NCBI GenBank assembly: GCA_965208835.1
Contig: OZ242358.1
Location: 3,712,001 to 3,776,000, forward strand
Length of the DNA: 64,000 nucleotides
Direction of reading: 5' to 3'
DNA from: Candidatus Latescibacterota bacterium
GTDB lineage: Bacteria > Latescibacterota > UBA2968 > GCA-2709665
The stretch's first letter is position 1; every line of letters begins with the position of its first letter. Under the pieces are notes generated by a model that worked only from the letters and a program-made list of their open reading frames with translations, was not told where the DNA came from and did not search any database. Shown here piece after piece: positions 10,462-20,210 of the stretch. The translations under genes and the position numbers were made by a program.

Positions 10462-12975
10462 ATGGGCGACTCCGATAAGCAGCGATGGATCCACCCGGCT
10501 GGATTCGTGGACGTGGCGACCCTGGAGGAGATCAGGCGAAAAATCCGATCCCGCGACTGGGCAAAGAAGGCCGCGCAGGAATTGCACGCCAGCGTGCAGC
10601 CGTGGCTCGAGCGGCCCCTCGAACAGATCGAGTCGCTCATGCCGAAACGAAAGATGCAGGTTTACTGGCTGCTGATCTGTCCCGTCTGCCAGGAAAGGCT
10701 CAGGTTTGAACCGTTCAACGACCGGGAAGCCACCTGCCATCGGTGCGACATTGCCCATGCGCTTGATCAGCAGTCCACGGCGGTACATCTGACCGGCAAG
10801 TATTCAGGGACCCTGTACGAAGGCTGGGGCTGCTCCTACATCCAGGCAATGGCGACCACGGCCCAACACCTCGCACTGTTGCATGCACTGGGTGCGGACC
10901 GCTCGTACGCCAAACGGAGCGCCGGCATTCTGAATCTGTTCGCCAGACACATTCAATCGCTGCCCGTACAGGGGAGCGGCACCCAGCATGTGATCTGGAC
11001 CTACAACATGGAGGGCGACTGCGTCATCGTACTCGCGCTGTCGGAAGCATACGAACTCCTCAGGTCCACGGACGGGCTCTTTACCGAACAGGAACACTTG
11101 CGGATTCGGCAGAATCTGCTCCGGCACTGGGTAGACGCGGTCTTCCGTGTTGAAGAGGACAGCAGCCCGCGCCACAACGGCATGTTCGCCTATCTCAGTT
11201 CGGTCGCCATGGCCGGCTGCGCCATCGAGAGTACGGATTACGTGGACTGGGCGTTCGGCCACCGGGATTACGCTTCCGAACGGCGCCCCGACCACTGCGG
11301 CATCCGCTGGCTGACGCGCAACAACTATCTGGCTGACGGAGGCTTCTGGGGCCTATGCAGCGCGTACCACCTGTATGCCCTGGGTCCGAACTGCCGCGCG
11401 CTCGTACTCGGCCACAGGCTCTCGCGTCAGATGCCGGACCTGTTTCCCCCGGAAGTCTATGACGAACTGAACCCCGCGAACAGCAGTTACCGCGCCGTGC
11501 GCCGCGCCATCAAATGGTTCACCGCGCAGGCATTTCCTGACCTGAGCGTAGCGCCGACGGGAGATATGGGAGGGCGCGCCAGCCTTGCCAGCTATCCGCT
11601 CACCGCCGAAATCGGATATCGCTATCTGGACATCGACGAAACGGGATCGTACCGCGTGCTTCGGGAGGGTGACCGAGGACTGACCGGGCTTCTCTTTGGT
11701 GCGGACACAATCGAGAAGAAACCCGTACCCTACCGGAGCGTCAATCTCTCCAGCGGGTACGCGGCATTGAAACGGGAGGCCGGCGGAAACCGCTTGTACG
11801 CCGGATTGAACGCGCTCCTTCCGGGCTCCGGACACGCGCACGCGGACCGGCTGAATTTAGTCACCTACGCGCACGGCCGGATGCTCACGGGCGAGAAGCG
11901 CACCCGTTACGAAGATCCCGCTCAACGTATCTACAGCGGTGCTTCATACGCCCACAACACGGTAACAGTCGACGAAATATCCCAGGTTCACGGAGACCAG
12001 CTTCGGAATGAGCAGGTCCCGCTCATCCACACGTTTGTCGATCTCCCGGCGGGCGAGGTGGCCGAGGCCCACGGCGACCGGGTGTATGGGCAGACCGGCA
12101 TCTACCGTAGAATCCTGGTCCAGTTCGACGCGTACCTGCTGGACATCTTCCGTGTTCAGGGCGGGAATATACACGATTGGTTTTACCACGGAATCGGAGA
12201 GGAGCCGCGGGTCGGTCTTGCGATGACGGAGAAGAGCGGATTCGAACCGGCGGATTATGTCACGCGAGGCCAAACGGAATTTCGTGAGGGGCTTGCACAG
12301 GAGACGTTTGCGGCGACCTGGCGCGTACCCGCGGAACCCGGAGCAGGAAACGGCGCGAACCGGCACGACGCATTCAGCCGGGTGACAATGTCAGGTTCGC
12401 CCGGGCAGACCGCCTTTCTGCTGAACACCTATCCCGATCCGGGAAGGCACAGCCTGATGGTTCGCCATCGGGAGACAGACGCACCCTTTGTGGCCGTCCA
12501 CGAGGCCTACATCGAAAAACCGGTTGTCTCCGACGTTCGGACGCTTTCGGGGAATGCGGCGGCGGTTGTCCATGTCACTCACGCCGACGGCGGCAGCAGG
12601 CAGGCGATCTACGAGACCGGCTCGGGGCCGGATGATCTCAGGATGACGGGTCGCTTCGCCTCGATTGCCCACGACGCCACAGGGCGTCCGAGAAGCGTCA
12701 TCATGGTCCACGCGACAGAATTCAATTGCCGTGGGATCCGTTTGCGATCGGAACGGCCAGTGACGCTATCGGCGGTATTCGACGGTGACACGATCCGAAT
12801 GGTCTCCTGTCCACCGGTGGCCTATCAGACGCTGGAAGGCGAACCAGTGTACAATACCGGCCCTGATGTCGACGTCAGTATCAAACTCGCGCCCGACGGC
12901 ACGCGAACGGGCAGGGAAATTGAAGCCAGGCTGCCGGGACAGACGGGGAGCGGACCGATCTGTATCGAGGTGTAG
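10462..12975 (+). CDS. Heparinase II/III-like protein, second paralogue
   Basis: HN, DG.FW....YH.Y, GD.G, SSGYA.L, GH.HAD.L, HNTVTVD motifs; GGAGG RBS before MGDSD. Confidence 0.8.
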   Translation: MGDSDKQRWIHPAGFVDVATLEEIRRKIRSRDWAKKAAQELHASVQPWLERPLEQIESLMPKRKMQVYWLLICPVCQERLRFEPFNDREATCHRCDIAHALDQQSTAVHLTGKYSGTLYEGWGCSYIQAMATTAQHLALLHALGADRSYAKRSAGILNLFARHIQSLPVQGSGTQHVIWTYNMEGDCVIVLALSEAYELLRSTDGLFTEQEHLRIRQNLLRHWVDAVFRVEEDSSPRHNGMFAYLSSVAMAGCAIESTDYVDWAFGHRDYASERRPDHCGIRWLTRNNYLADGGFWGLCSAYHLYALGPNCRALVLGHRLSRQMPDLFPPEVYDELNPANSSYRAVRRAIKWFTAQAFPDLSVAPTGDMGGRASLASYPLTAEIGYRYLDIDETGSYRVLREGDRGLTGLLFGADTIEKKPVPYRSVNLSSGYAALKREAGGNRLYAGLNALLPGSGHAHADRLNLVTYAHGRMLTGEKRTRYEDPAQRIYSGASYAHNTVTVDEISQVHGDQLRNEQVPLIHTFVDLPAGEVAEAHGDRVYGQTGIYRRILVQFDAYLLDIFRVQGGNIHDWFYHGIGEEPRVGLAMTEKSGFEPADYVTRGQTEFREGLAQETFAATWRVPAEPGAGNGANRHDAFSRVTMSGSPGQTAFLLNTYPDPGRHSLMVRHRETDAPFVAVHEAYIEKPVVSDVRTLSGNAAAVVHVTHADGGSRQAIYETGSGPDDLRMTGRFASIAHDATGRPRSVIMVHATEFNCRGIRLRSERPVTLSAVFDGDTIRMVSCPPVAYQTLEGEPVYNTGPDVDVSIKLAPDGTRTGREIEARLPGQTGSGPICIEV

Positions 12976-13019
12976 GATATCGCCGGACCGCTCGCGAGGA
13001 TCCGCTCATCAATGGCTAT

Positions 13020-13179
13020 CAGTCCGTTGATGAAGTCGCTCTGCAGGCGAGGCCGAGCCATTGTGGTCGAAGACAAGGCGCGCAACCGAGTCCCATCCTG
13101 CGATTCGGCGAGGGCGCGCAACGCCGTATTTCGACCGCAAGGGCCGGCCGTAGCCCGGATGGGCTTTTTCAACGGGCTG
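13020..13179. mobile_element. MITE-like palindromic repeat family A, copy 1 (inverted relative to the others)
   Basis: 160 bp, imperfect terminal IRs CAGTCCGTTGATGAAG / CTTTTTCAACGGGCTG, TA one base outside each end; near-identical to copies at 37196, 55223 and 58035. Confidence 0.85.
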
Positions 13180-13215
13180 TTATTGCGGCCCAAATCATGC
13201 CGAACAAGACGGCAC

Positions 13216-14184
13216 TCACTTCCGCTTTCCGCTGGCGTCCGCAATTTTCGGGCTGCCCGGCCCCACCGCGTTTCTCACCGCGAAATAGTCTTCGCGGGAC
13301 AGGCGCCGCCCGCCCGCCCCCACGGCCTCGGCAATCTGATCCGGCGTCTTGATTCCAGAGATGGCCACGTGAATCGCCGGATGCATCAAGGTGGCGGACA
13401 ACACCAGCTGGTAAATCGTCAGTTCGTTTCGTTCCGCGATCGGCCTCAGGCTTTGCACCTTCGCACACAATTCCCTGAACCGTTCTCCGCTAAAATCGGG
13501 ATGATTCATCCGGAAATCGTCGAACGTCTCTCCTCCGGTGTATTTCCCGCTCAGCAGCCCCTTGTGCATGGGCGAATAGATCATCACCCCCACATTCTCC
13601 GACTGGCACCAGGGCAACAGATCGTTCTCTCCGGCCGGATCGATCAGGCTGTACGGAGGTTGGACGACGTCGTACCTGCCGAAACGGCGCTGCGCCCGGC
13701 ATTGTTCCACCGTGTGGTTGCTGAGACCGTAACACCGAATCTTGCCCTGGTCGCGAAGTCTTTCCAGCGTTCCAGCGATATCGGCAAGCGGCGTCAACGG
13801 GTCGTACATGTGCAGCAGATACAGGTCGATTGTCTCGACCCCCATCCGATCGAGCGACACGTCGCACCGCGCTGTTATGTGTTCGGGCGAAAGATCGGGA
13901 TACCGGGAGCCATCGGGATTGAAGTGGTTGAACACCTTGGTTGCCAGCACGAGTTCGTCCCTCGGCAGATCCCTTACCACCTCGCCAAGTACGGTTTCGG
14001 CGTAGCCGTCGCCGTAGGCCTCGGCCGTATCGAAAAAGTTGATCCCGCGATCGAACGCGAACTTCATCGCGGCCATCGCATCGTCTTTCGACTGCGGTCC
14101 CCAGAAACGGGGACTGAGCTGCCACGTGCCGAAGGCGATCGGGGATACCGACAGGCCGCTATCCCCAAGAACAACGCGGTCCAT
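13216..14184 (-). CDS. Aldo/keto reductase
   Basis: GINFFDTAEAYG, LATK, DLYLLH, GKIR..GLSN, YSPM.KGLLSGKY. Confidence 0.92.
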   Translation of the reverse strand: MDRVVLGDSGLSVSPIAFGTWQLSPRFWGPQSKDDAMAAMKFAFDRGINFFDTAEAYGDGYAETVLGEVVRDLPRDELVLATKVFNHFNPDGSRYPDLSPEHITARCDVSLDRMGVETIDLYLLHMYDPLTPLADIAGTLERLRDQGKIRCYGLSNHTVEQCRAQRRFGRYDVVQPPYSLIDPAGENDLLPWCQSENVGVMIYSPMHKGLLSGKYTGGETFDDFRMNHPDFSGERFRELCAKVQSLRPIAERNELTIYQLVLSATLMHPAIHVAISGIKTPDQIAEAVGAGGRRLSREDYFAVRNAVGPGSPKIADASGKRK

Positions 14185-14256
14185 TGCTATTCCTCCCATC
14201 ATCGACGAATTTTCTGGTTCTTTTCCGGAAAAACCTTTAGGGGCGGGGTAGACCCG

Positions 14257-15333
14257 CTAATCGGCTGCGCGGACGCCCGTTTCATCCATCGTCCCGAGTC
14301 CCAGACCCCGCAGGTCCGCGACCGAGTCGCTCTCCTCCGCCTCGTACAGTTTCCAGATGACCTTGAGTCCCTCGAGACTGGATACGGGATCGGTCAATGG
14401 CTTCCGGCCGGTCTCGATGCAATCCACGAAGTGCGCCATTTCCACTTCCGTCGGCTTGGCGTGTTTTTCTTCCATCAATACGATCTCCCGCTGACCGGGA
14501 TCGTGCTCGCCGGGCACGTGTTTTTCAACGTCGCCCAGGTACACGACCCGTCCCGTGCGCAGATGAAGTTCCACCATGCCTTTCTCGCAATGCGCGTGAA
14601 AGGAATAGCCGAGCCGGGTGCCCCTGGCCCCCCAGGTGCCGAAGTGATATCCGAGGATGCCGCCCTCGAACTCCAGGCACACGTTACTGGTGCCCTCTCT
14701 TTCCATCCACGGCGTGCCTCTATTCGTTCCCAGGTGTACGCCCTTCACCGGCCTGCCAAGCATCCACAACATCAGATCGATATAGTGGCAGCCGTGGCTG
14801 AAGAACTGACCTCCGCCGAGCATGCCCGCCCGGCAGTGCCAGCTTTCCGGATCGCGCTGGGTATGCTGCTCGGTCCAGATCGACAACTGGAAGACCTCGC
14901 CGAATGTCCCGCTGTCCACCACTTCCTTGAACTTGAGTATCAGGGGATGAAACCGCATGCAGTAGGCTACCATCAGAACCCGGTCGTTCCGTTGTGCGGC
15001 TTCGATCATGTCCAGACACTCCCGTTCACTGTTGGCCATCGGCTTCTCCACCAGCACGTGCTTGCCCGCATTCAGGCAACGCACTGTAACCGGGTGGTGG
15101 AGATGATGGGGAAGCACTACGAGTACGGCGTCGACATGATCCAGGACCTCCTCGTAGTCGGCCGCAACCACGGGGTCATTGGGAAAGTGTTCGGCGACCG
15201 CCCGCGCCCGCTCGAGATCGATATCCACCACCGCCGCAATCTCCACCCTGTCGAGCACCTCGCTCATCCGGCTGGCATGGGACCGGGCCATGCCGCCGCA
15301 TCCGATGATACCCACCCTTGTTCTTTCTGCCAT
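14257..15333 (-). CDS. Gfo/Idh/MocA family oxidoreductase
   Basis: GIIGCG Rossmann motif, GKHVLVEKPM, GGG....GCHYID. Confidence 0.92.
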   Translation of the reverse strand: MAERTRVGIIGCGGMARSHASRMSEVLDRVEIAAVVDIDLERARAVAEHFPNDPVVAADYEEVLDHVDAVLVVLPHHLHHPVTVRCLNAGKHVLVEKPMANSERECLDMIEAAQRNDRVLMVAYCMRFHPLILKFKEVVDSGTFGEVFQLSIWTEQHTQRDPESWHCRAGMLGGGQFFSHGCHYIDLMLWMLGRPVKGVHLGTNRGTPWMEREGTSNVCLEFEGGILGYHFGTWGARGTRLGYSFHAHCEKGMVELHLRTGRVVYLGDVEKHVPGEHDPGQREIVLMEEKHAKPTEVEMAHFVDCIETGRKPLTDPVSSLEGLKVIWKLYEAEESDSVADLRGLGLGTMDETGVRAAD

Positions 15334-15475
15334 TTTCCGTTCCTCCATTTCTGTTCTACCGGACTCAGATTCCTATGGATGCAAACCGCCTGCGGTCCCG
15401 CAACAGTTCGATGTCCCTGTGCGTTGACTCATCACAGGGGAAAATCCCTTGCAGAATGTCCCCGCACAGCGGTCC

Positions 15476-16513
15476 TTACAAACCTTCTCCGCCTTCCCAC
15501 TCGAAGATCACTTTACCCGTCTCTCCGCTATCGAAGATTTCAAATGCCTCTTTCGCCTGTTCAATGGAAAAACGATGGGTCACAATCTCGTCCAGCGGCA
15601 CCGGGTGGGTCTGCAGAAAAGCAACGGCATCGAAATAGGCGCCCATCGAATACACGGAATTACCCCTGAGCGTGAGCTCCTTTCGAAGGATATCCATAAA
15701 ATCGATCTCGAGCGACGCCGCGCCGGCGCCCACGTAGATCACCGTTCCGTGCAGACCCGCGACCGCCGCCGCCTGCGCGCGCGCGATGCCGCTCCCCGAG
15801 CACTCCACGACCCCGGCCGCTCCGTGTCCGCCAGTATGATCCCTGACTGTCTCAACCGGGTCGTTCTCTTCCGCATTGATCACAACCCCGCCGCCGATAC
15901 GGGCCGCGAGGTCAATCCTGAAGCGATTTATGTCCACGCCCAGCGTCCTGTATCCCATCGCCTCGCCCATCAGAAGCGTCGTCAATCCCACCGGACCCAA
16001 CCCGAACACAACAAGCGGATCGCCATGACGTTTCGATACCTTGTTCACGGCGGAAAAGGCCGTCCCCGCGGTGCAGGCAAGTTGCGTACCGACCGCAAAA
16101 GAGACACCATCGGGCAGCGGCATGCAGTACCGGGCCTCCGTGACCATGAAATCCGCGTGGGACCCGTCTCGCGTCCTGCCGAATGCGCCCTGTTCCGGAC
16201 AGAACACCGGCGTTCCGGAGAGACAGACCGCACAATGATTGCACCCGACCGTGTGATAGACACAGACCCTGTCGCCTTCGGACAGATTTGCAACGTCCGT
16301 TCCGACCTCGGCCACGACCCCCGCCGGTTCGTGCCCGGAAATCATCCCTTTCCGCTCCTTCGCCCACTCCCGGCTGCTGTGGTACTTATGGAGATCGCTC
16401 CCACACAGCCCCGCGACTCTCATTTCGATGACCACCTGACCGGGCCCGGGTTCCGGCCGATTAAAGTCTCTGACTTCCACCTCGCTCTCTCCGAGATAGA
16501 CGACGCCCCTCAT
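15476..16513 (-). CDS. Zinc-dependent alcohol dehydrogenase (MDR family)
   Basis: GLCGSDLH, GHE.AG, CxxCxxC...C structural zinc site, GLGPVG. Confidence 0.92.
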   Translation of the reverse strand: MRGVVYLGESEVEVRDFNRPEPGPGQVVIEMRVAGLCGSDLHKYHSSREWAKERKGMISGHEPAGVVAEVGTDVANLSEGDRVCVYHTVGCNHCAVCLSGTPVFCPEQGAFGRTRDGSHADFMVTEARYCMPLPDGVSFAVGTQLACTAGTAFSAVNKVSKRHGDPLVVFGLGPVGLTTLLMGEAMGYRTLGVDINRFRIDLAARIGGGVVINAEENDPVETVRDHTGGHGAAGVVECSGSGIARAQAAAVAGLHGTVIYVGAGAASLEIDFMDILRKELTLRGNSVYSMGAYFDAVAFLQTHPVPLDEIVTHRFSIEQAKEAFEIFDSGETGKVIFEWEGGEGL

Positions 16514-16631
16514 ACCCTCACCTCCCGCCGCGTGGCTTCCATTGTGAATGTATCCGATTCAGGCACGGATCAGCGACTCCCTTTCTCGAGATTCCATGGC
16601 ACGCATTTCGACGCAGGGCGGCGGTCTGCGA

Positions 16632-16660
16632 TTGAATTCCCCCGTTTGATTCCCTATCTT
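16632..16660 (+). promoter_or_regulatory. Sigma70-like promoter
   Basis: TTGAAT-17 bp-TATCTT(TG); the same -10 hexamer and spacing occur at 45231-45259 and 57551-57579. Confidence 0.5.
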
Positions 16661-16705
16661 TGTCCCCTGCTGTCATGATTCCTAGTAGGAATCGCCATTA
16701 CTGAT

Positions 16706-16891
16706 TTCGGCTGAGGTTCGTCGCGCGCCTGCCTTCCTGAAACGGAATCCTGGCCTGGCGTTCCGTTCCGGAACACTGAGCGGGGCTCCGCCACGGCGCG
16801 AAGGTTATGATACTGCGAAGCCCGATCCTATGCAAGCAGACATTGCGAAGGAATGCCGATAAGCCGGTCGAGTCTCATAAGCGCAGCCGGA
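16706..16891 (+). ncRNA. Candidate structured RNA or 5' leader, family not recognised
   Basis: Closing stem TTCGGCTG/CAGCCGGA enclosing several nested helices; lies downstream of a promoter and ends 25 nt before the aminotransferase ATG. Confidence 0.35.
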
Positions 16892-16915
16892 CACCTTCCA
16901 ACCCTTCCAAGAGCC

Positions 16916-18082
16916 ATGGCCCATACAATCCCTTTAGCCGCAACGCTTTCCAACGTCGAGCCGTCGCGCATCCGCGAGCTGGCCGACGTCGCTTTCGGCA
17001 TGGACGGCGTCTACAAAATGCACTTCGGCGAATCCGATCTGCCCACGCCCCGATACATCAAGGACGCGGCCGTTCAGGCATTGGACGAAGGATACACGTT
17101 TTATACCGAAAACGCCGGCCTGCCCGGACTTCGGGAAGCCCTGGCCGAAAGATACGCCGATATCCACGGCGTGACCCTCGCGCCTGGCGAGATCCTCATT
17201 ACCGCATCGGGCGTCCAGGCCCTGAACGTCTCAATCCGCTGCGTGATCGATCCTGGTGACGAAGCCATCATTCTCACGCCGAATTGGCCCAATGCGACAG
17301 CCATCGTCAACCTCTTTGGCGGCAGCGCGGTTGAGATTCCGTTTATCAAAGACGGGGGTCGCCACACGATCGACTTCGCCGTGGTGGAATCCGCACTCAA
17401 CAGGAAGACAAAACTGCTCGCCTTTACCTCGCCATCCAACCCGCTGGGCTGGGTCGCCTCGATAGACGAGCAGCAGAAACTCCTCGATTTCTGCCGCTGC
17501 AACGACCTCTGGCTTCTCGCGGACGAAGTCTACGAGCACATCTACTACAACGGACCCGTCGCCCCGTCCATTCTGCGGCTGTGCGACCGAAACGACGCCG
17601 TAATCGTGGTGCAATCCTTCTCCAAGACCTATCGAATGACCGGGTGGCGCCTGGGCTGGGTGGTCTCGCGCCCGGACCTGGTTGACAGGGCCGCTCAACT
17701 CAACGAATTCATCGTATCACACGCCCCCGCGATGGTTCAGCGGGCGGGTGAGATTGCGCTTCGGCACAGTGAGTCGAATTTGCACGATATGGTCGATACC
17801 TATCACAAGAGAATTTCTTACTGTTACGATGCCTTGAATTCGACAGCGGGCGTGTCAGTCAGTCCGCCCGAGGGCGCCTTCTATCTCTTTCCCAGCATCG
17901 AGGGCGTCAGTGATTCGTTTGCGTTCGCGCTTGAACTGCTCAATCGACGAAAGGTATCGGTTGCGCCAGGCATCGCTTTCGGCGCAGGCGGTGAAGGTTC
18001 GGTTCGGCTCTGCTGCGCGTCGGACCCATCCGTATTGGAACCGGCAATGGATCGCTTCTGTCGATATATTGAACATCGATGA
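16916..18082 (+). CDS. PLP-dependent aminotransferase class I/II
   Basis: YT.NAG.P.LREA, SPSNP.G, DEVY, SFSKTY.MTGWRLG (PLP lysine). Confidence 0.93.
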   Translation: MAHTIPLAATLSNVEPSRIRELADVAFGMDGVYKMHFGESDLPTPRYIKDAAVQALDEGYTFYTENAGLPGLREALAERYADIHGVTLAPGEILITASGVQALNVSIRCVIDPGDEAIILTPNWPNATAIVNLFGGSAVEIPFIKDGGRHTIDFAVVESALNRKTKLLAFTSPSNPLGWVASIDEQQKLLDFCRCNDLWLLADEVYEHIYYNGPVAPSILRLCDRNDAVIVVQSFSKTYRMTGWRLGWVVSRPDLVDRAAQLNEFIVSHAPAMVQRAGEIALRHSESNLHDMVDTYHKRISYCYDALNSTAGVSVSPPEGAFYLFPSIEGVSDSFAFALELLNRRKVSVAPGIAFGAGGEGSVRLCCASDPSVLEPAMDRFCRYIEHR

Positions 18083-18147
18083 AGATTCGCTGCTACCCCG
18101 ATTGTAGGACCTGCAGGTAGCGAGGCAATCCCGAACAGGAGAAACTC

Positions 18148-19884
18148 ATGCCTGAAACAATGCTGTCCGAACCACGACATTCTGTACGCGTAGAACGCAA
18201 TGTACCCATAAGAATGCGAGACGGCGTCGTCCTGCCAGCCGACGTCTACCGGCCCGACGGCGGCGGTCGACATCCCGTCATCGTGGAACGTGTTGCCTAC
18301 GAACTCGTCGGCCGTTGCACGTCGAACGGCGAGTTCTTCGCGAGCCGGGGATACGTCTTCGTCGGACAGAACGTGCGGGGCACGTTTGCCTCCGAAGGCG
18401 AGTGGCAACCGTTCCGGGACGACGGATGGGGCGCCAACCGCGACGGATACGACACGATTGAATGGGCAGGTGTTCAATCGTGGTCCAATGGCCGCGTGGG
18501 TATGGCCGACGGCTCCTATTCCGGATTCTCTCAGTATATGGTCGCCCCGACCCGGCCGCCGCACTTGAAGGCGCTCTACGTTCGGCAGGGCGGAGCAGAC
18601 TATTACAGCGGTTTCTGGTACCGTTACGGCGCCTTCTCACTGCCCTTCCAGAAGTGGGCGATGCAGACGCTGCTGGCCCAGCTGGAACACGAAAGCGCGC
18701 CACCGGGTTTGGATGCCGCGAGGGCCCGCCTTGCAGCTGCATTGGACGAATACGAAGACTGGGAGCAGCATCTTCCGTTGAAGTCATTCCCACCCCTGGA
18801 GGGTCTGCTCGACTGGTATTTCGATTACCTGGCCCACCCCGAAGACGGTCCCTACTGGTGGCCCACGAACATCGCGTCGAAATTCGGCGATATCGACACG
18901 CCCATGCTTCATTTCGGCGCGTGGTTCGACGTCTTCCTGGACGGTACGCTGCAGTCCTTCCAGGGAATCCGAAAAAGCGGTAAAACCCGGGCTTGCCGAC
19001 AAGGCCAACGCCTGCTGATCGGACCCTGGATCCACGGTCCGGGCAACGCCGCCAGGCGTGTGGTCGGCGAACTCGACTTCGGCCCGCAGGCAGCGTTCGA
19101 CATGAACGCGCACCGCCTGCAGTGGTACGATTACTGGCTGAAGGGAATGGACAACGGAGTCATGGACGGTCCGCCGGTACGCATTTTCCTGATGGGAAAG
19201 AACCAGTGGCTGGACCTGGACGACTGGCCGCCACCGGGCATTACGTACCGATCCGCGTATTTGCGGGAGGGCTCCGGCAAAGACGAAAATTCGCTCAACA
19301 ACGGCGGGCTGGCCTTCGATCCGCCCGATAGTGCCGAACACCCCGACAGCTTTGAGTACGATCCGAAAGAACCCATGCCCGGGCTGCGCTTCTATCCAAC
19401 GCTGGGTCCGGTGGACCACCGGCACCTTGAAGGAGGGATGCTAACCTATACTTCGGCGGTACTGAAGCGAGACCTGACCGTCATCGGACCCGTCAAAGCC
19501 ATCCTGCACGGACTGTCATCAGCCCCGGATACGGACTGGGTGGTCCGACTCTGCGACGTCTGGCCGGACGGCCGGTCCATGCCCGTCTGCGACGGCATCC
19601 TGAGGGCGCGATTCCGCAACTCACTGCAACGACCCGAGATGATGACGCCTGGGAAGATATACAGGTTTGAAATCGACATGTCCGCTACGGCCCAGGTGTT
19701 CCAATCGGGGCACCGCCTGCGCATAGAAATCACAAGCAGCGATTTCCCACGGTACGATCGGAATCTGAACACGGGGGGTCCGTTCGGAGAGGAAGCCACC
19801 GGCCGGGTCGCTGTCAACACGGTCTTCCACGACGCGGGCCGGCCGTCTTGCGTCGTCCTGCCCGTTGTGGAAGACTCACCTTGA
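18148..19884 (+). CDS. CocE/NonD family hydrolase (peptidase S15-like)
   Basis: MRDGV.L.AD.YRP, GSYSG nucleophile elbow, GAWFD, IGPW.H, GHRLR.EI.SSDFPRYDRN. Confidence 0.92.
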   Translation: MPETMLSEPRHSVRVERNVPIRMRDGVVLPADVYRPDGGGRHPVIVERVAYELVGRCTSNGEFFASRGYVFVGQNVRGTFASEGEWQPFRDDGWGANRDGYDTIEWAGVQSWSNGRVGMADGSYSGFSQYMVAPTRPPHLKALYVRQGGADYYSGFWYRYGAFSLPFQKWAMQTLLAQLEHESAPPGLDAARARLAAALDEYEDWEQHLPLKSFPPLEGLLDWYFDYLAHPEDGPYWWPTNIASKFGDIDTPMLHFGAWFDVFLDGTLQSFQGIRKSGKTRACRQGQRLLIGPWIHGPGNAARRVVGELDFGPQAAFDMNAHRLQWYDYWLKGMDNGVMDGPPVRIFLMGKNQWLDLDDWPPPGITYRSAYLREGSGKDENSLNNGGLAFDPPDSAEHPDSFEYDPKEPMPGLRFYPTLGPVDHRHLEGGMLTYTSAVLKRDLTVIGPVKAILHGLSSAPDTDWVVRLCDVWPDGRSMPVCDGILRARFRNSLQRPEMMTPGKIYRFEIDMSATAQVFQSGHRLRIEITSSDFPRYDRNLNTGGPFGEEATGRVAVNTVFHDAGRPSCVVLPVVEDSP

Positions 19885-20210
19885 TTCGCAACCTTTGGAG
19901 ACGTTAATTCGAATAAGTGCGAGATAATAAAGGCGATTAAGCTGCGGATAACCCGGATGCACCAGGCCTCTGGACGTGAACCGAAAAGACGTCCTCCTGG
20001 AAGACCCTTACGCCCCGTTTCGTGTGCTTTCGTCGCGTCGCCGCGTCGCTGTTTTTCATGGGCTAAGCGGCCGTCTCACAATCCGAGCCGCGGGACCCCG
20101 GTTTCTTGTCCTTGCACCGACCGGCAGAAAACCGCCCTGCACGGGTACGCTGTTTTTCGTCGTAACAGCCTCCCGGCAGGGCCTTTTGACCCTACAGCCT
20201 CTTTCACAGT

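Noticed and set aside
13012-15669. 885-aa plus-strand ORF
   Set aside because: Antisense shadow of the AKR, Gfo/Idh/MocA and ADH genes; it starts inside the MITE and shows no protein motifs
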